From Myxococcota bacterium (lineage in GTDB: Bacteria > Myxococcota_A > UBA796 > SXON01), in NCBI GenBank assembly GCA_040386535.1, contig JAZKFH010000039.1:1-64000 (forward strand): 64,000 bases of DNA, read 5' to 3'. Position 1 is the stretch's first letter; each line of letters starts with the position of its first letter. Shown one piece after another: positions 28,869 to 38,273 of this stretch. The notes under the pieces were generated by a model. That model did not search any database and was not told the DNA's origin. It worked only from the letters and a program-made list of their open reading frames with translations. The translations under genes were made by a program, and so were the position numbers.

Positions 28869-29588
28869 ATGGAACGAAAGGGCCCGATCCTGGTCGTCGA
28901 GGACGAAGACGACATCCGCAACCTGGTCGTTCACCAACTACAACGGGAGGGACTCACCACGATGGCCGCGGCCAACGGCCTCGACGCGCTGGAAATGGCG
29001 CGCCGAACGCCGCCTTCGCTCGTCATCCTCGATCTGATGCTCCCTGGCCTGCCGGGCACCGAGGTCTGTCGCCGGCTCCGGGCCGAACCGGAGACGAAGC
29101 ACGTCCCCATCATCATCCTCTCGGCTCGCGGCGAGGAGATCGACCGCGTGGTCGGGTTCGAGGTGGGCGCCGACGACTACGTCACCAAGCCGTTCAGCCC
29201 GCGCGAGCTGGTGTTGCGTGTGCGCGCGGTGCTCCGGCGCGGCGCGGCCCCGGCGGGCGAGCCGGGCCCGGCGACGGGCGCGCTCGAAGTGGGCGTGCTC
29301 GTGGTCGACGAGGCCGCGCACCGCGTGTTCGTGAAGGGAGAGGAGCTCGCGCTGACCGCGACGGAGTTCAAGCTCCTCCTCACGCTCATGCGCCGCTCCG
29401 GGCGCGTCCAGTCGCGCTCCCAGCTGCTCCAGGACGTGTGGGATCTGCCGCCGGACATGTACACGCGGACGGTCGACACCCACATGAAGCGCCTCCGCGA
29501 GAAGCTGGGGGACGCCGCCGGGCACATCGAGACGGTGCGCGGCGTGGGCTACCGGTTCAGCCGGGAGCCTGTGGCCGAGGAGAGCTGA
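28869..29588 (+). CDS. OmpR/PhoB-family response regulator (PhoB-like)
   Basis: ILVVEDE, LDLMLP, GADDYVTKPFSPREL, RTVDTHMKRLREKL, ETVRGVGY. Confidence 0.92.
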   Translation: MERKGPILVVEDEDDIRNLVVHQLQREGLTTMAAANGLDALEMARRTPPSLVILDLMLPGLPGTEVCRRLRAEPETKHVPIIILSARGEEIDRVVGFEVGADDYVTKPFSPRELVLRVRAVLRRGAAPAGEPGPATGALEVGVLVVDEAAHRVFVKGEELALTATEFKLLLTLMRRSGRVQSRSQLLQDVWDLPPDMYTRTVDTHMKRLREKLGDAAGHIETVRGVGYRFSREPVAEES

Positions 29589-29604
29589 ACGCGACTCGGG
29601 GCGC

Positions 29605-30288
29605 CTACTCTGGGGGCAGCAGCACGGGCGGCTGCGCCAGGCCGAACGGCGCGAGCACGCTCTTGGAGAGGTAGATCCACAGCGAGTTGCCGCGCTTGGG
29701 GACGCCGAGCTGCTCCGCGATACGTCGCTCGCGCTCGTCGAGCGGCGCCCACTCGGCCTCGGGGATGGGCTCGGTGCGCGCCTCGGGCAGGCCCATCGCG
29801 AGCCGCGCCCGTACGAGCGTGTAGTCCATCGGCGCGGGGAGGCAGGTGCGGGGGCTCTCCGACCACTCCCGCACCATCGTGCAGCCGCCGACGGTCTGCA
29901 CCGCGTCGCTCACGATCGCGAGCGAGTCGAGCCCGTGTTGGTCCGCGATGCGCAGCGCGTAGCCGATGTTCTCGTCGGTGTGGAGCGCGCGCGGCTCGAG
30001 GAACACCCGCTCGGGGGGGACACCCAGCGCCACGAGCCCCGCCTTGAGCGCCTCGGCCTCCACGTACCGGTTGTAGACCGCGTTTCCGGACACGATGAAG
30101 TGGCGGGTGCGTCCGGTCGCCCACATGTGGTGTGCCCACACGACGCGCCGCCATTGGCACGGGGAGAGGCGCCCGTCCTCCTCGCTCGGGCAGCCCGGGA
30201 CGATCGCGGCGTCGACCGGGGGGCGGTCGACCGCGCCGATCTGCAGCGTGGCGCGCGAGCACGCGAGCAGGAGGAGCATCAGGGTCAC
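29605..30288 (-). CDS. YdcF/ElyC (DUF218) family lipoprotein
   Basis: IVPG, IVSG, EAEAL...LGVP..RVFLEPRALHTDEN. Confidence 0.8.
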   Translation of the reverse strand: MTLMLLLLACSRATLQIGAVDRPPVDAAIVPGCPSEEDGRLSPCQWRRVVWAHHMWATGRTRHFIVSGNAVYNRYVEAEALKAGLVALGVPPERVFLEPRALHTDENIGYALRIADQHGLDSLAIVSDAVQTVGGCTMVREWSESPRTCLPAPMDYTLVRARLAMGLPEARTEPIPEAEWAPLDERERRIAEQLGVPKRGNSLWIYLSKSVLAPFGLAQPPVLLPPE

Positions 30289-30330
30289 AGTTGCCTCGAT
30301 GGGAGTTAGGAGGGGCCGGAGGCCGAGGTC

Positions 30331-30582
30331 GTGAACGATCTACACGCGAAGCTGAAGGAGATGATCGTGCGGGTGCTCATGCTGGAAGGCGTGGCGCCGG
30401 GCGACATCGGGGACGACGATCGGCTCTTCGGGGGCGGCCTGGGGCTGGACTCGGTCGATGCGCTGGAGCTCGCCATCCATATCGAGGAAGAGCTCGGGGT
30501 GAAGATGCCGGAGGACGAGCGGGCGCGCGAGGCGTTCGCCTCCGTCGCGACCATCGCCACCTATGTCGAGGCGCACCGATGA
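30331..30582 (+). CDS. Acyl carrier protein (ApeE-like)
   Basis: LFGGGLGLDSVDALEL phosphopantetheine site; FASVATIA end. Confidence 0.92.
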   Translation: MNDLHAKLKEMIVRVLMLEGVAPGDIGDDDRLFGGGLGLDSVDALELAIHIEEELGVKMPEDERAREAFASVATIATYVEAHR

Positions 30583-31757
30583 GTCCTGATGTCCTGATCG
30601 TCGGCGCCGGCCCCACCGGTTGTGCGCTCGGGACCTACCTCGCCCGCAAGGGCGTCTCCGTCACGCTGCTCGAGGCCATCGAGCACCCCGAGAGCGTGGT
30701 CGGCGAGTCGATGCTGCCGTGCTCTGGGCCGATCTTCGAGGAGCTCGGCTTCGACACGAGCGGGTTCGTCGTCAAGCACGGCGCCGTGTTCTGCCAGGGC
30801 GGCCAGTCCGTACGGTTCGACTTCAGCGAGGCCGAGTCCCCCAGCCACACCACCGCGTGGCAGGTGCAGCGCGAGGTGTTCGATCTGCGCTGGCGCGAGC
30901 TCGCCCAGGCCGCCGGCTGCACGATCGTGTACGGCAAGGCGCTCTCCGCGGACATCCCGACGCGCACCCTCCAGACCACGGAAGGGGCGATGTCGGCGGG
31001 CCGCATCGTCGACGCGGCGGGGCGCGGCATGTGGCTCTCTTCGCGCCTCGGTCTCCGCGTGGCGGATCCGACGTTGAAGAACTCCGCGATCGGCACGCGC
31101 TACCGCGGCGTCAAGACGCTCGCGCCCGACGAGCCCGGGGACATCACCATCTGCTGCATCGAGGGCGGCTGGATCTGGATCATCCCGTTCGGGGAGGGCA
31201 TCGGCAGCGTGGGCGTGGTGCTCAGCCCGTCGAGCCCCATCCGCGGCAACGTCGAGGAGCGCTTCGCCGCCGCCATCGCGTCCTCGCCCGACGCCACGGC
31301 GCGCCTCGAGGGCGCCGAGCGCATCTTCCCGTTCCGCGGGTTGACCGACTTCACCGCCACCTCGACCACGTTCCACGGGGACGGCTTCGCCCTCTGTGGG
31401 GACGCCGCGACGTTCATCGATCCCACGTTCAGCTCCGGCGTCCTGCTCGGGCTGCACGGCGCCCGTGGGCTCGCGGCCGCGCTGCTGAGCGGCGGCGCCG
31501 GCGATCTGGATGCGTGGCAGGCGGAGTATCGGGACGGCGCGGGTGTCTTCCGCAAGGTCATCGACCATTGGTACTCGGGAGACTTCATGACGCTGGCGCT
31601 GGCGCCCCGCGAGGTCCAGAAGCCCTACTTCCGCCGCGGGATCGTGAGCCTGCTCGCGGGGGACGTGTTCCGCACCGGCCCCACCGCGTCGCGCCTCATG
31701 GCCGACCGGATGCCGTCGCTCGCCCAGGCGGTGCGGTCGTCCGGGCGCGGTGCGTAG
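30579..31757 (+). CDS. Flavin-dependent halogenase-like FAD oxidoreductase
   Basis: GAGPTG, VGESMLP, GFVVKHG, WIWIIP, GDAATFIDPTFSSGV; ATGA overlap with the ACP. Confidence 0.8.
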   Translation: MSPDVLIVGAGPTGCALGTYLARKGVSVTLLEAIEHPESVVGESMLPCSGPIFEELGFDTSGFVVKHGAVFCQGGQSVRFDFSEAESPSHTTAWQVQREVFDLRWRELAQAAGCTIVYGKALSADIPTRTLQTTEGAMSAGRIVDAAGRGMWLSSRLGLRVADPTLKNSAIGTRYRGVKTLAPDEPGDITICCIEGGWIWIIPFGEGIGSVGVVLSPSSPIRGNVEERFAAAIASSPDATARLEGAERIFPFRGLTDFTATSTTFHGDGFALCGDAATFIDPTFSSGVLLGLHGARGLAAALLSGGAGDLDAWQAEYRDGAGVFRKVIDHWYSGDFMTLALAPREVQKPYFRRGIVSLLAGDVFRTGPTASRLMADRMPSLAQAVRSSGRGA

Positions 31758-31760
31758 GAG

Positions 31761-32255
31761 ATGCGGAGCTACATCCGCAGGCTCCGGAGCTGGGTGCACC
31801 TGCTCCTCCGGCAGCACCTCTCCCCGAGCTCCATCGGCCTCGCCGTCGGCGTCGGCGTGTTCCTCGGCAGCCTCCCCCTCTACGGCATCCACATCTTCGT
31901 GTGCATCGCCGTCGCCCGCTGGTTGAAGCTCAACCAGGCCCTGGTCTACGCCGCCGCGAACATCTCCAACCCGTTCTTCGCGCCGTTCCTCATCAGCGCC
32001 CAGATCGCGGTGGGCGAGTGGATGCGCCACGGCAACCTCCGTGCGATGGGCCCCGAGCTGGTGGAGGGCACGTTCTGGACCATGCTGAAGCAGGCCCCGG
32101 ACCTGTTCGTGAGCTGCCTGCTCGGCAGCGTGGTGGTGGGCGCGGGCCTGGGGCTCGCCTTGGGGCTGACCGCGCTGATCGCCGCCCGCCGCTGGCCCCG
32201 CCGCCCCGAAGGCCTGCCCGGAGCGCTCCCGGAGACGGAAGGCGGCGCGGCGTGA
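31761..32255 (+). CDS. DUF2062-family membrane protein
   Basis: SPSSIGLAVGVGVFLGSLPLYG, LKLN, ANISNP. Confidence 0.8.
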   Translation: MRSYIRRLRSWVHLLLRQHLSPSSIGLAVGVGVFLGSLPLYGIHIFVCIAVARWLKLNQALVYAAANISNPFFAPFLISAQIAVGEWMRHGNLRAMGPELVEGTFWTMLKQAPDLFVSCLLGSVVVGAGLGLALGLTALIAARRWPRRPEGLPGALPETEGGAA

Positions 32256-33079
32256 GCGTCGTCGCCCGCCCGCGGCTCGAGGCCTGGGTGCTCGGCTTCG
32301 GCGCCGTCGGGATCGGGGCCGGGGTCGCCGCGGGGGCCGGGCTCCTTTCGCCCGCCGTCGCGACCGCCGCGGGGCTCGCCGCGCTCGGGGGGCTGCTCGG
32401 CGGCGTCACGGTGGCCTCGGCGCGTCCGGAGCTGGAGCTGTTCGGCCCGTGCGTGAAACGGGGCCTCCACCCCGGCCGCGCGGCGCTCACCATCGACGAC
32501 GGCCCGCACCCCGTCTCGACGGGCCCGCTCCTCGATGCGCTCGCGCGCGCCGGCGCCCACGCCACCTTCTTCGTGCTCGCCGACCGTGTGCGGCGTCACC
32601 CGGACCTGTTCCGCGCCATGCTCGACGGTGGCCACGAGATCGGCCTGCACGGGATGTCCCACCATCCGTGGCTCACGATGCGCGCGCCCCGGGCGGGCGC
32701 GGCCGAGCTCACCGCGGCGCTGAAGGTCCTCGACGAGCACGGGCTGGCCGAGCGCCGCTCGTCCGAGAACGGCGCGCCGCGGGTCCGCTGGTACCGCCCG
32801 CCCTTCGGCGCCACCAGCCCCCGCGTGTACGCGGCCGCCCACGCCGCGGGGCTCGAGCTCGCGTGGTGCTCGGTCCGCACGCTCGACGGCGTGCCCATCC
32901 GGCCGGAGACCCTGCGCGCGCGCTGTCGGGCCGTCGTCGGCACCGACGTGGTGTTGCTCCACGAGGGCCCCGGCCCCACGTCCACGCTCCTGCCCGAGAT
33001 CCTCGACGAGTGGGACGCGCGCGGGATCCGCGCCAGCTCGTTGAGCGAAGCGCTCGATCTAGCACGCGAGGTGGCGTGA
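32252..33079 (+). CDS. Membrane-anchored polysaccharide deacetylase (CE4/NodB)
   Basis: LTIDDGP, ATFF, HEIGLHGMSH, YRPPFG, VLLHE. Confidence 0.88.
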   Translation: MSVVARPRLEAWVLGFGAVGIGAGVAAGAGLLSPAVATAAGLAALGGLLGGVTVASARPELELFGPCVKRGLHPGRAALTIDDGPHPVSTGPLLDALARAGAHATFFVLADRVRRHPDLFRAMLDGGHEIGLHGMSHHPWLTMRAPRAGAAELTAALKVLDEHGLAERRSSENGAPRVRWYRPPFGATSPRVYAAAHAAGLELAWCSVRTLDGVPIRPETLRARCRAVVGTDVVLLHEGPGPTSTLLPEILDEWDARGIRASSLSEALDLAREVA

Positions 33080-34671
33080 CCCCGTGGATCACTCGCATGC
33101 AGGCCGTCTCCGCCGCGGGCTGGGGCGTGGACGCGCTGGTGGATGCCGTCGGGAGTGGCCGCTCGCTCGCCCGTCCGGTGCCATGGGCCACCGACGCCTT
33201 GCGCTCGCCGTTCGCCACCCTCGCGAACGCAGGTAGCGCCGAGGAGATGTTGCTCGCTGTGGTGGAGGCCGTGGCGCCGCCGGAGGGCGCGGGCCTCGTG
33301 GTCGCCACGAGCTCGGGTGCGATTTCGGGGGGGTTCGAGGCGTGGCATCGGGAGGCGCGCGCGTCCGGTGCGCCCTTGGACACGTGGGCGTGGCGCCAGC
33401 TCCCCACCGCGCGCGTCGCCGCGAAGGTGGGGCTCGCGCCCCACCGCACCCTCTCGGTCGCGTGCGCCTCGGGCACGGCCGCCTTCGAGGTCGCCCGCGG
33501 CTGGTTGCGCGCGGGGCGGTGCGAGCGCGTGATCGTCGCTGGGGTGGACGCCCAGTCGCTCTACATCCACGCGGGGTTCGCGGGCCTCGGCGCGCTCGCC
33601 AAGGTGTCGTGCCGCCCCTTCGCCGCCGACCGTGACGGCCTGCTGCTCGGAGAGGGCGCCGCCGCCTTTCTCCTCGAGACCCCGGCCTCCGCGCGTGCCG
33701 CCGGGCGCGCCCCGCTCGCTGCGCTGCTCGGGTGTGGGCTCTCGCAGGACGGCGTGCACCTGACCGCGCCCGACCGCACCGGCGCCGGGCTCGGGCGTGC
33801 CGCGCGCGCCGCCCTGGTGGACGCCGGGCTGGAGCCGGGCGACATCGGCGTCGTGAGCGCGCACGCCACCGGCACCGTGTTCAACGACGCGATGGAGGCC
33901 CGCGCGCTCGCCGCGTTGTTCGAGGGGCCGGTGCCGCTCCACGCCTGCAAGCCGGTGCTCGGGCACACGCTCGGAGCTGCCGGGGCGCTCGAAGCCGCGG
34001 TCGTCCTCGCGATCCTCAACGGGGCGGCGGCGCCCGCGCCGCTCGAGGTGACGGACCCGGACTGCCCGATGACCGTGGCGCCGTGCCGCGATCCGCGCCA
34101 CGGGCTCTCGGTGAGCGCGGCGTTCGGCGGCGTGAACGCGGCGGTGGTTTTCGGGCCGGTTCCTACGGAGGGCTCGTCCTCGCCGCTCCGGTCCGTCCAC
34201 GCCGTCGCCACCACCCGCGTCGCAACGGACGATCTCCCGCTGACCCGCGTGTTCCCCGGTGCGCCGCCCACCCTCGGGCGCGCCGACAACTACGTGCGCG
34301 GGGGGATCGCGGCCCTGCGCGCGCTCCGGGACGCGGCGCCGTTCGACGCCGAGACCGCGATCGTCCAGGCGAGCGCCTCCAATTGTCACGCGGCGGACCT
34401 TCGTTACCACGCGGGGCTGGTCGACGGCGGCCCCGCGCAAGCATCGCGCCTGCACTTCAGCTATACGGTGCCCGGCGCGCCGGTCGCGGAGGCGTCCATC
34501 CTGCTCGGGTTGCGCGGCCCCGTCCTCGTGTTCTGCGACCCCGGCGAGTGCGCCGGGGAGGAAGCGCGGCGCATCGTGGCGGAGGGGCTCGCACCGATGG
34601 CGGTGGCGCTCGCGATCGAAGCGCCCGGCCCCTACGCGGAAGCCGTCGCCACCCTGTTCGTCCCTTCCTGA
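33076..34671 (+). CDS. Beta-ketoacyl-ACP synthase fused to a C-terminal CLF-like partial KS domain
   Basis: SVACASG, SAHATGT, GHTLGAAG, AFGG, then ~170 extra aa containing ASRLHFSYTVPGAPVAEASI..GLRGP. Confidence 0.85.
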   Translation: MTPWITRMQAVSAAGWGVDALVDAVGSGRSLARPVPWATDALRSPFATLANAGSAEEMLLAVVEAVAPPEGAGLVVATSSGAISGGFEAWHREARASGAPLDTWAWRQLPTARVAAKVGLAPHRTLSVACASGTAAFEVARGWLRAGRCERVIVAGVDAQSLYIHAGFAGLGALAKVSCRPFAADRDGLLLGEGAAAFLLETPASARAAGRAPLAALLGCGLSQDGVHLTAPDRTGAGLGRAARAALVDAGLEPGDIGVVSAHATGTVFNDAMEARALAALFEGPVPLHACKPVLGHTLGAAGALEAAVVLAILNGAAAPAPLEVTDPDCPMTVAPCRDPRHGLSVSAAFGGVNAAVVFGPVPTEGSSSPLRSVHAVATTRVATDDLPLTRVFPGAPPTLGRADNYVRGGIAALRALRDAAPFDAETAIVQASASNCHAADLRYHAGLVDGGPAQASRLHFSYTVPGAPVAEASILLGLRGPVLVFCDPGECAGEEARRIVAEGLAPMAVALAIEAPGPYAEAVATLFVPS

Positions 34672-34682
34672 TCGAGGTCCCG

Positions 34683-35147
34683 ATGGCCCTGAGTCCTCCG
34701 TGGCCGCCCGTCGTGTCGCTGATCCCGCACCGGCCGCCTCAGCTGTTCCTCGACCGGGTGGTCGAGGTCGACGGCGCGCGCATCCGCTGCGAGACCGATT
34801 TTCTCCCCGAGCACTTCCCCGGGCACTTCCCCGGGCGCCCCATCGTGCCCGGGGTGGTGATGATCGAGGGCCTCGCCCAGGCGCTCGCCTGCCTCGCGTC
34901 GCTCTCCGGCGAACAGGGCCAGGCCGTGCTCACCGGGGTGGAGAAGGCGAGGTTCCGCGGGTTCGCGGTGCCGCCAGCGCGCCTCGAGTTCGAGGTCGAG
35001 GTGACCGATCGTCGGTTCGGCGTGACGTGGGCGAAGGGCCGCGTGCGGCAGGACGACAAGGTGTTGTGCACGGTGACCCTCCAGGCCGCGGTCCTCCCGG
35101 AGGAGGCGCTCCCGCCGTCCAGTACGCCCTCGACGGACCAGGAGTGA
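34683..35147 (+). CDS. FabZ-like 3-hydroxyacyl-ACP dehydratase
   Basis: IPHRPPQLFLDRV, FPGHFPGRPIVPGVVMIEGLAQ. Confidence 0.9.
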   Translation: MALSPPWPPVVSLIPHRPPQLFLDRVVEVDGARIRCETDFLPEHFPGHFPGRPIVPGVVMIEGLAQALACLASLSGEQGQAVLTGVEKARFRGFAVPPARLEFEVEVTDRRFGVTWAKGRVRQDDKVLCTVTLQAAVLPEEALPPSSTPSTDQE

Positions 35148-36622
35148 AGCGCGCCGTCGTCATCGGCTCCGGCATGGGCGGGCTCACCGCCGGGATCCTG
35201 CTCGCGATGAAGGGCTGGGAGGTCACCGTCCTCGAGCAACACACGCGCGCGGGCGGGTTCCTGCACCGCTTCTTCCGGCGCGGGGTCGGCTACGACACGG
35301 GCTTCCACTACGTCGGCGGCGCCGAGCCCGATCAGCTCTTCGGCCGCGCGATGAAGCACCTCGGCGTCTACGACGACGTGACGTGGAATCCGCTCGATCC
35401 CGACGGGTTCGACGTGTTGCGGTTCCCCGACCTCGAGTTCCGCGTGCCCGTGGGAGCCGACCGCTACCGGGATCGGCTGGTGGAGCACTTCCCCGAGGAG
35501 CGCGCCGGGATCGATCGCTACATGGCGCTGCACGACGAGGCGGTGAAGGCCTACGGCTGGTTCAACCTCGACGACACCACGCCGCCCGAGGCCATCCTCC
35601 CGTACGAGCGCCAGAGCGTGCTCGACGTGACCCGGGAGTGTTTCAAGGATCCACGCCTGACGATGGTGGTCGCAGGCCAGTCCGCGCTCTACGGGGTGCC
35701 GCCGGCCGAGGCGCCCTTTGGCCTGCACGCCATCGTGACCGACCACTTCCTCCAGAGCGCGACCTCGATCGAGGGCGGCGGGGACCGCCTCGCGTTCGCG
35801 CTGGTGCGCCGGCTCAAGGCCCTCGGGGGCACGTTGCGGCTCAAGCGCCGCGTAGTGTCGATCGACGTGCAGGACGGCGCCGCGTGCGCGGTCACCACCG
35901 CGGACGGCGAGCGCTACGAGGCCGATCTCGTCGTCGCCGATGTGCACCCGCGTGTGTCCCTCGACATGTTGCCCGCGGGCTCCGTACGGCCCGCCTACGC
36001 GGCGCGCGTCCGTGAGGCGCGCCCGGGGCTCGCCCACCTCGGCGTGTACCTCCGCGTCGACGGCGATCTCGGTCTGCTCGGCAACCGGAACCTCTACCGC
36101 TTCAACTCCTGGGACCTCGACACGGTCGACCGGCCCGCCACGGCGGAGGACTGTTCCTTCTACTTCCTCACCTGTCCCGGGCAGCGCCATCCGGCGCCGG
36201 TGCCGGGCGCGGAGCAGGTCGTCCTCGGCCTCGTGTACGCGAGGTACGAACACTTCCTCGCGGCGCGGCAGGTGAGCGAGGCGGCCTACGTCGCCGAGAA
36301 GCAGGCCATCGCCGACCGCTTCATCGAGGCCATCCGCGCGGACCACCCCGGTTGGGAGGTGGTCGACAGCGAGGTGAGCACGCCGCTCACGACGGAGCGC
36401 TTCAACGGGTCGTGGAAGGGCGCCGCGTACGGGCACCTCCACTCGGTAGACCAGATGGGGCGGTATCGACTGCCGATGGTGTCCAAGGTACGCGGGCTCG
36501 TGAACGTGGGCCAGACCGTGGGGTTCCCGGGCATTTGCGGGGCGATGATGTCGGCATATGTGGTGTGCGGCGAGCTCCTGGGTGGGGCAGCGCCGTTGAT
36601 GGCGGAGGTCAGGGCTTCATGA
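35144..36622 (+). CDS. Phytoene desaturase/retinol saturase-family FAD oxidoreductase
   Basis: VIGSGMGGL, YDTGFHYVGG, STPLT, GAAYG, GQ...PGI.GA. Confidence 0.85.
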   Translation: MKRAVVIGSGMGGLTAGILLAMKGWEVTVLEQHTRAGGFLHRFFRRGVGYDTGFHYVGGAEPDQLFGRAMKHLGVYDDVTWNPLDPDGFDVLRFPDLEFRVPVGADRYRDRLVEHFPEERAGIDRYMALHDEAVKAYGWFNLDDTTPPEAILPYERQSVLDVTRECFKDPRLTMVVAGQSALYGVPPAEAPFGLHAIVTDHFLQSATSIEGGGDRLAFALVRRLKALGGTLRLKRRVVSIDVQDGAACAVTTADGERYEADLVVADVHPRVSLDMLPAGSVRPAYAARVREARPGLAHLGVYLRVDGDLGLLGNRNLYRFNSWDLDTVDRPATAEDCSFYFLTCPGQRHPAPVPGAEQVVLGLVYARYEHFLAARQVSEAAYVAEKQAIADRFIEAIRADHPGWEVVDSEVSTPLTTERFNGSWKGAAYGHLHSVDQMGRYRLPMVSKVRGLVNVGQTVGFPGICGAMMSAYVVCGELLGGAAPLMAEVRAS

Positions 36623-37848
36623 GACGGGTCGTAGTCACGGGGATGGGGATGGTGACGCCGCTCGGGAACGATCCCGCCGCGGCCTTCCAGGAAGTGCTCG
36701 ACGGGCACAGCGGCGTGGTGCGCATGCCCGCGCTCGACGTCGTGGGCGATCTCGGCGCGCGCATCGCCGCGCCGGTGCGTGGGTTCGAGGTCGATCGGAT
36801 CCCGCGCAAGCACCGCCGCAGCATGGCGCGCATGGCGCAGTACGCGGCCAACGCCACGGCCGACGCGCTGGAGGCCGCGCGGTTCCCGATGGAGACGTTG
36901 GCGAGCGGCCGCGTGGCCGTTTGCGCCGGCTCCACCACGGGTTCGCCCGACGCGATGGAGGAGTTCTGGCGCGAATACATCACCAGCGGCTCCATCCGCG
37001 CGATCCCGAGCAACAGCTTCCTGCGCGTGATGTCGCACACCGTCGCGAGCCACATCGCGCTCGCCTTCGGCATCACCGGCTCGGTCATCTCGCCGAGCTG
37101 CGCCTGCGCCGCGTCCAACCAGGCGGTGGGCATCGCCGCGGACATGATCCGCTTCGGCCGCGCCGACACCGTGCTCGCTGGCGGCGCGGACGAGCTCTCC
37201 ATCCTCTCCGCCGCCACGTTCGACGTGGTGCGCGCGGGCTGCCGCGGCCACGAGGACGCCCCGCACACGCGGCCCGCCCCCTTCGATCGCTCGCGGGACG
37301 GCGTGGTGTGCTCCGAGGGCGCCGCGATCGTGGTCCTCGAGGAGCTCGAGCAGGCCCGCGCCCGTGGGGCCCCCATCCTCGCGGAGATCCTCGGCTACGG
37401 CGAGAGCTGCGACGCGACGCACATGTCCTCGCCCCAGGCGGAGGGCATGGCCTCCGCGGTGATGCGCGCCCTGGCGGACGCGAAGCTCGACCCCACCGCC
37501 ATCGACTACGTGTGCGCCCACGCCACCGGCACCCCCGTGGGGGACGCCGCGGAGGCCGATGCCACGCACCGCATCTTCGGGTCGGACGTGCCCGTGTCGA
37601 GCCTGAAGGGTCACCTGGGCCACATGCTGGCGGCCTGCGGCTCGACTGAGCTGATTCTTTGTATCGAGGCCATGCGGCGGGGGATCGTCCCCCAGACGCT
37701 CAACCTGACGGACCCCGACGTGGCGCCCCTGTTTCTGCCACAAGCTCCGTTGGAACGCCAGCTTCGTCGTATCGTGTCCAACAACTTCGCGTTCGGAGGC
37801 ATCAACGCGAGCCTGGTGATCGGGGCGCCTCCGGAAGCGCACGGGTAG
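36619..37848 (+). CDS. FabF/FabB-type beta-ketoacyl-ACP synthase (ApeR-like)
   Basis: RRVVVTGMG, CACAAS, CAHATGT, SLKGHLGH, NNFAFGGINASL. Confidence 0.92.
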   Translation: MRRVVVTGMGMVTPLGNDPAAAFQEVLDGHSGVVRMPALDVVGDLGARIAAPVRGFEVDRIPRKHRRSMARMAQYAANATADALEAARFPMETLASGRVAVCAGSTTGSPDAMEEFWREYITSGSIRAIPSNSFLRVMSHTVASHIALAFGITGSVISPSCACAASNQAVGIAADMIRFGRADTVLAGGADELSILSAATFDVVRAGCRGHEDAPHTRPAPFDRSRDGVVCSEGAAIVVLEELEQARARGAPILAEILGYGESCDATHMSSPQAEGMASAVMRALADAKLDPTAIDYVCAHATGTPVGDAAEADATHRIFGSDVPVSSLKGHLGHMLAACGSTELILCIEAMRRGIVPQTLNLTDPDVAPLFLPQAPLERQLRRIVSNNFAFGGINASLVIGAPPEAHG

Positions 37849-37938
37849 CCCATCCTGGGCCTTGACCATTCATGACCGACGGTTGCGAGTCCGAGCGAAT
37901 CGCGGTTATCAAGGCGGCCCTTACCCGAGAGTACCGAC

Positions 37939-38223
37939 GTGGCACGAACCGCCGAGACCATCATCGCCGAGCTCGACCGCATCTTCGTGGAGCAGTTCGA
38001 GGTCACCGCCGAGACCGTGGTGCCCGAAGCGCGCCTGCGGGAAGATCTCGATCTCGACAGCCTCGATGCCGCCGACATGATGATCGCGATCGAGAAGCGC
38101 TTCGGCGTGCGCCTGGACGACCAGGTGGCGCGCACGTTCAAGACCGTGGGCGACATCCACGGCTACGTGCACAAGCTGGTCGAGGAGAAGGAGCAGGGCG
38201 GCTCGGCGCAGGCCGCGGGGTAG
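37939..38223 (+). CDS. Acyl carrier protein (ApeF-like)
   Basis: EDLDLDSLDAAD, KTVGDI. Confidence 0.92.
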   Translation: MARTAETIIAELDRIFVEQFEVTAETVVPEARLREDLDLDSLDAADMMIAIEKRFGVRLDDQVARTFKTVGDIHGYVHKLVEEKEQGGSAQAAG

Positions 38224-38273
38224 GTCCGGGTAGGCCCGGGACTCCGGCTCCCGCTTCCCCTTCGGGCGTTCCT

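Noticed and set aside
38224..38273. Intrinsic terminator between convergent ACP and GT2 genes
   Set aside because: Only an imperfect GC hairpin without a U-tract; not supportable.
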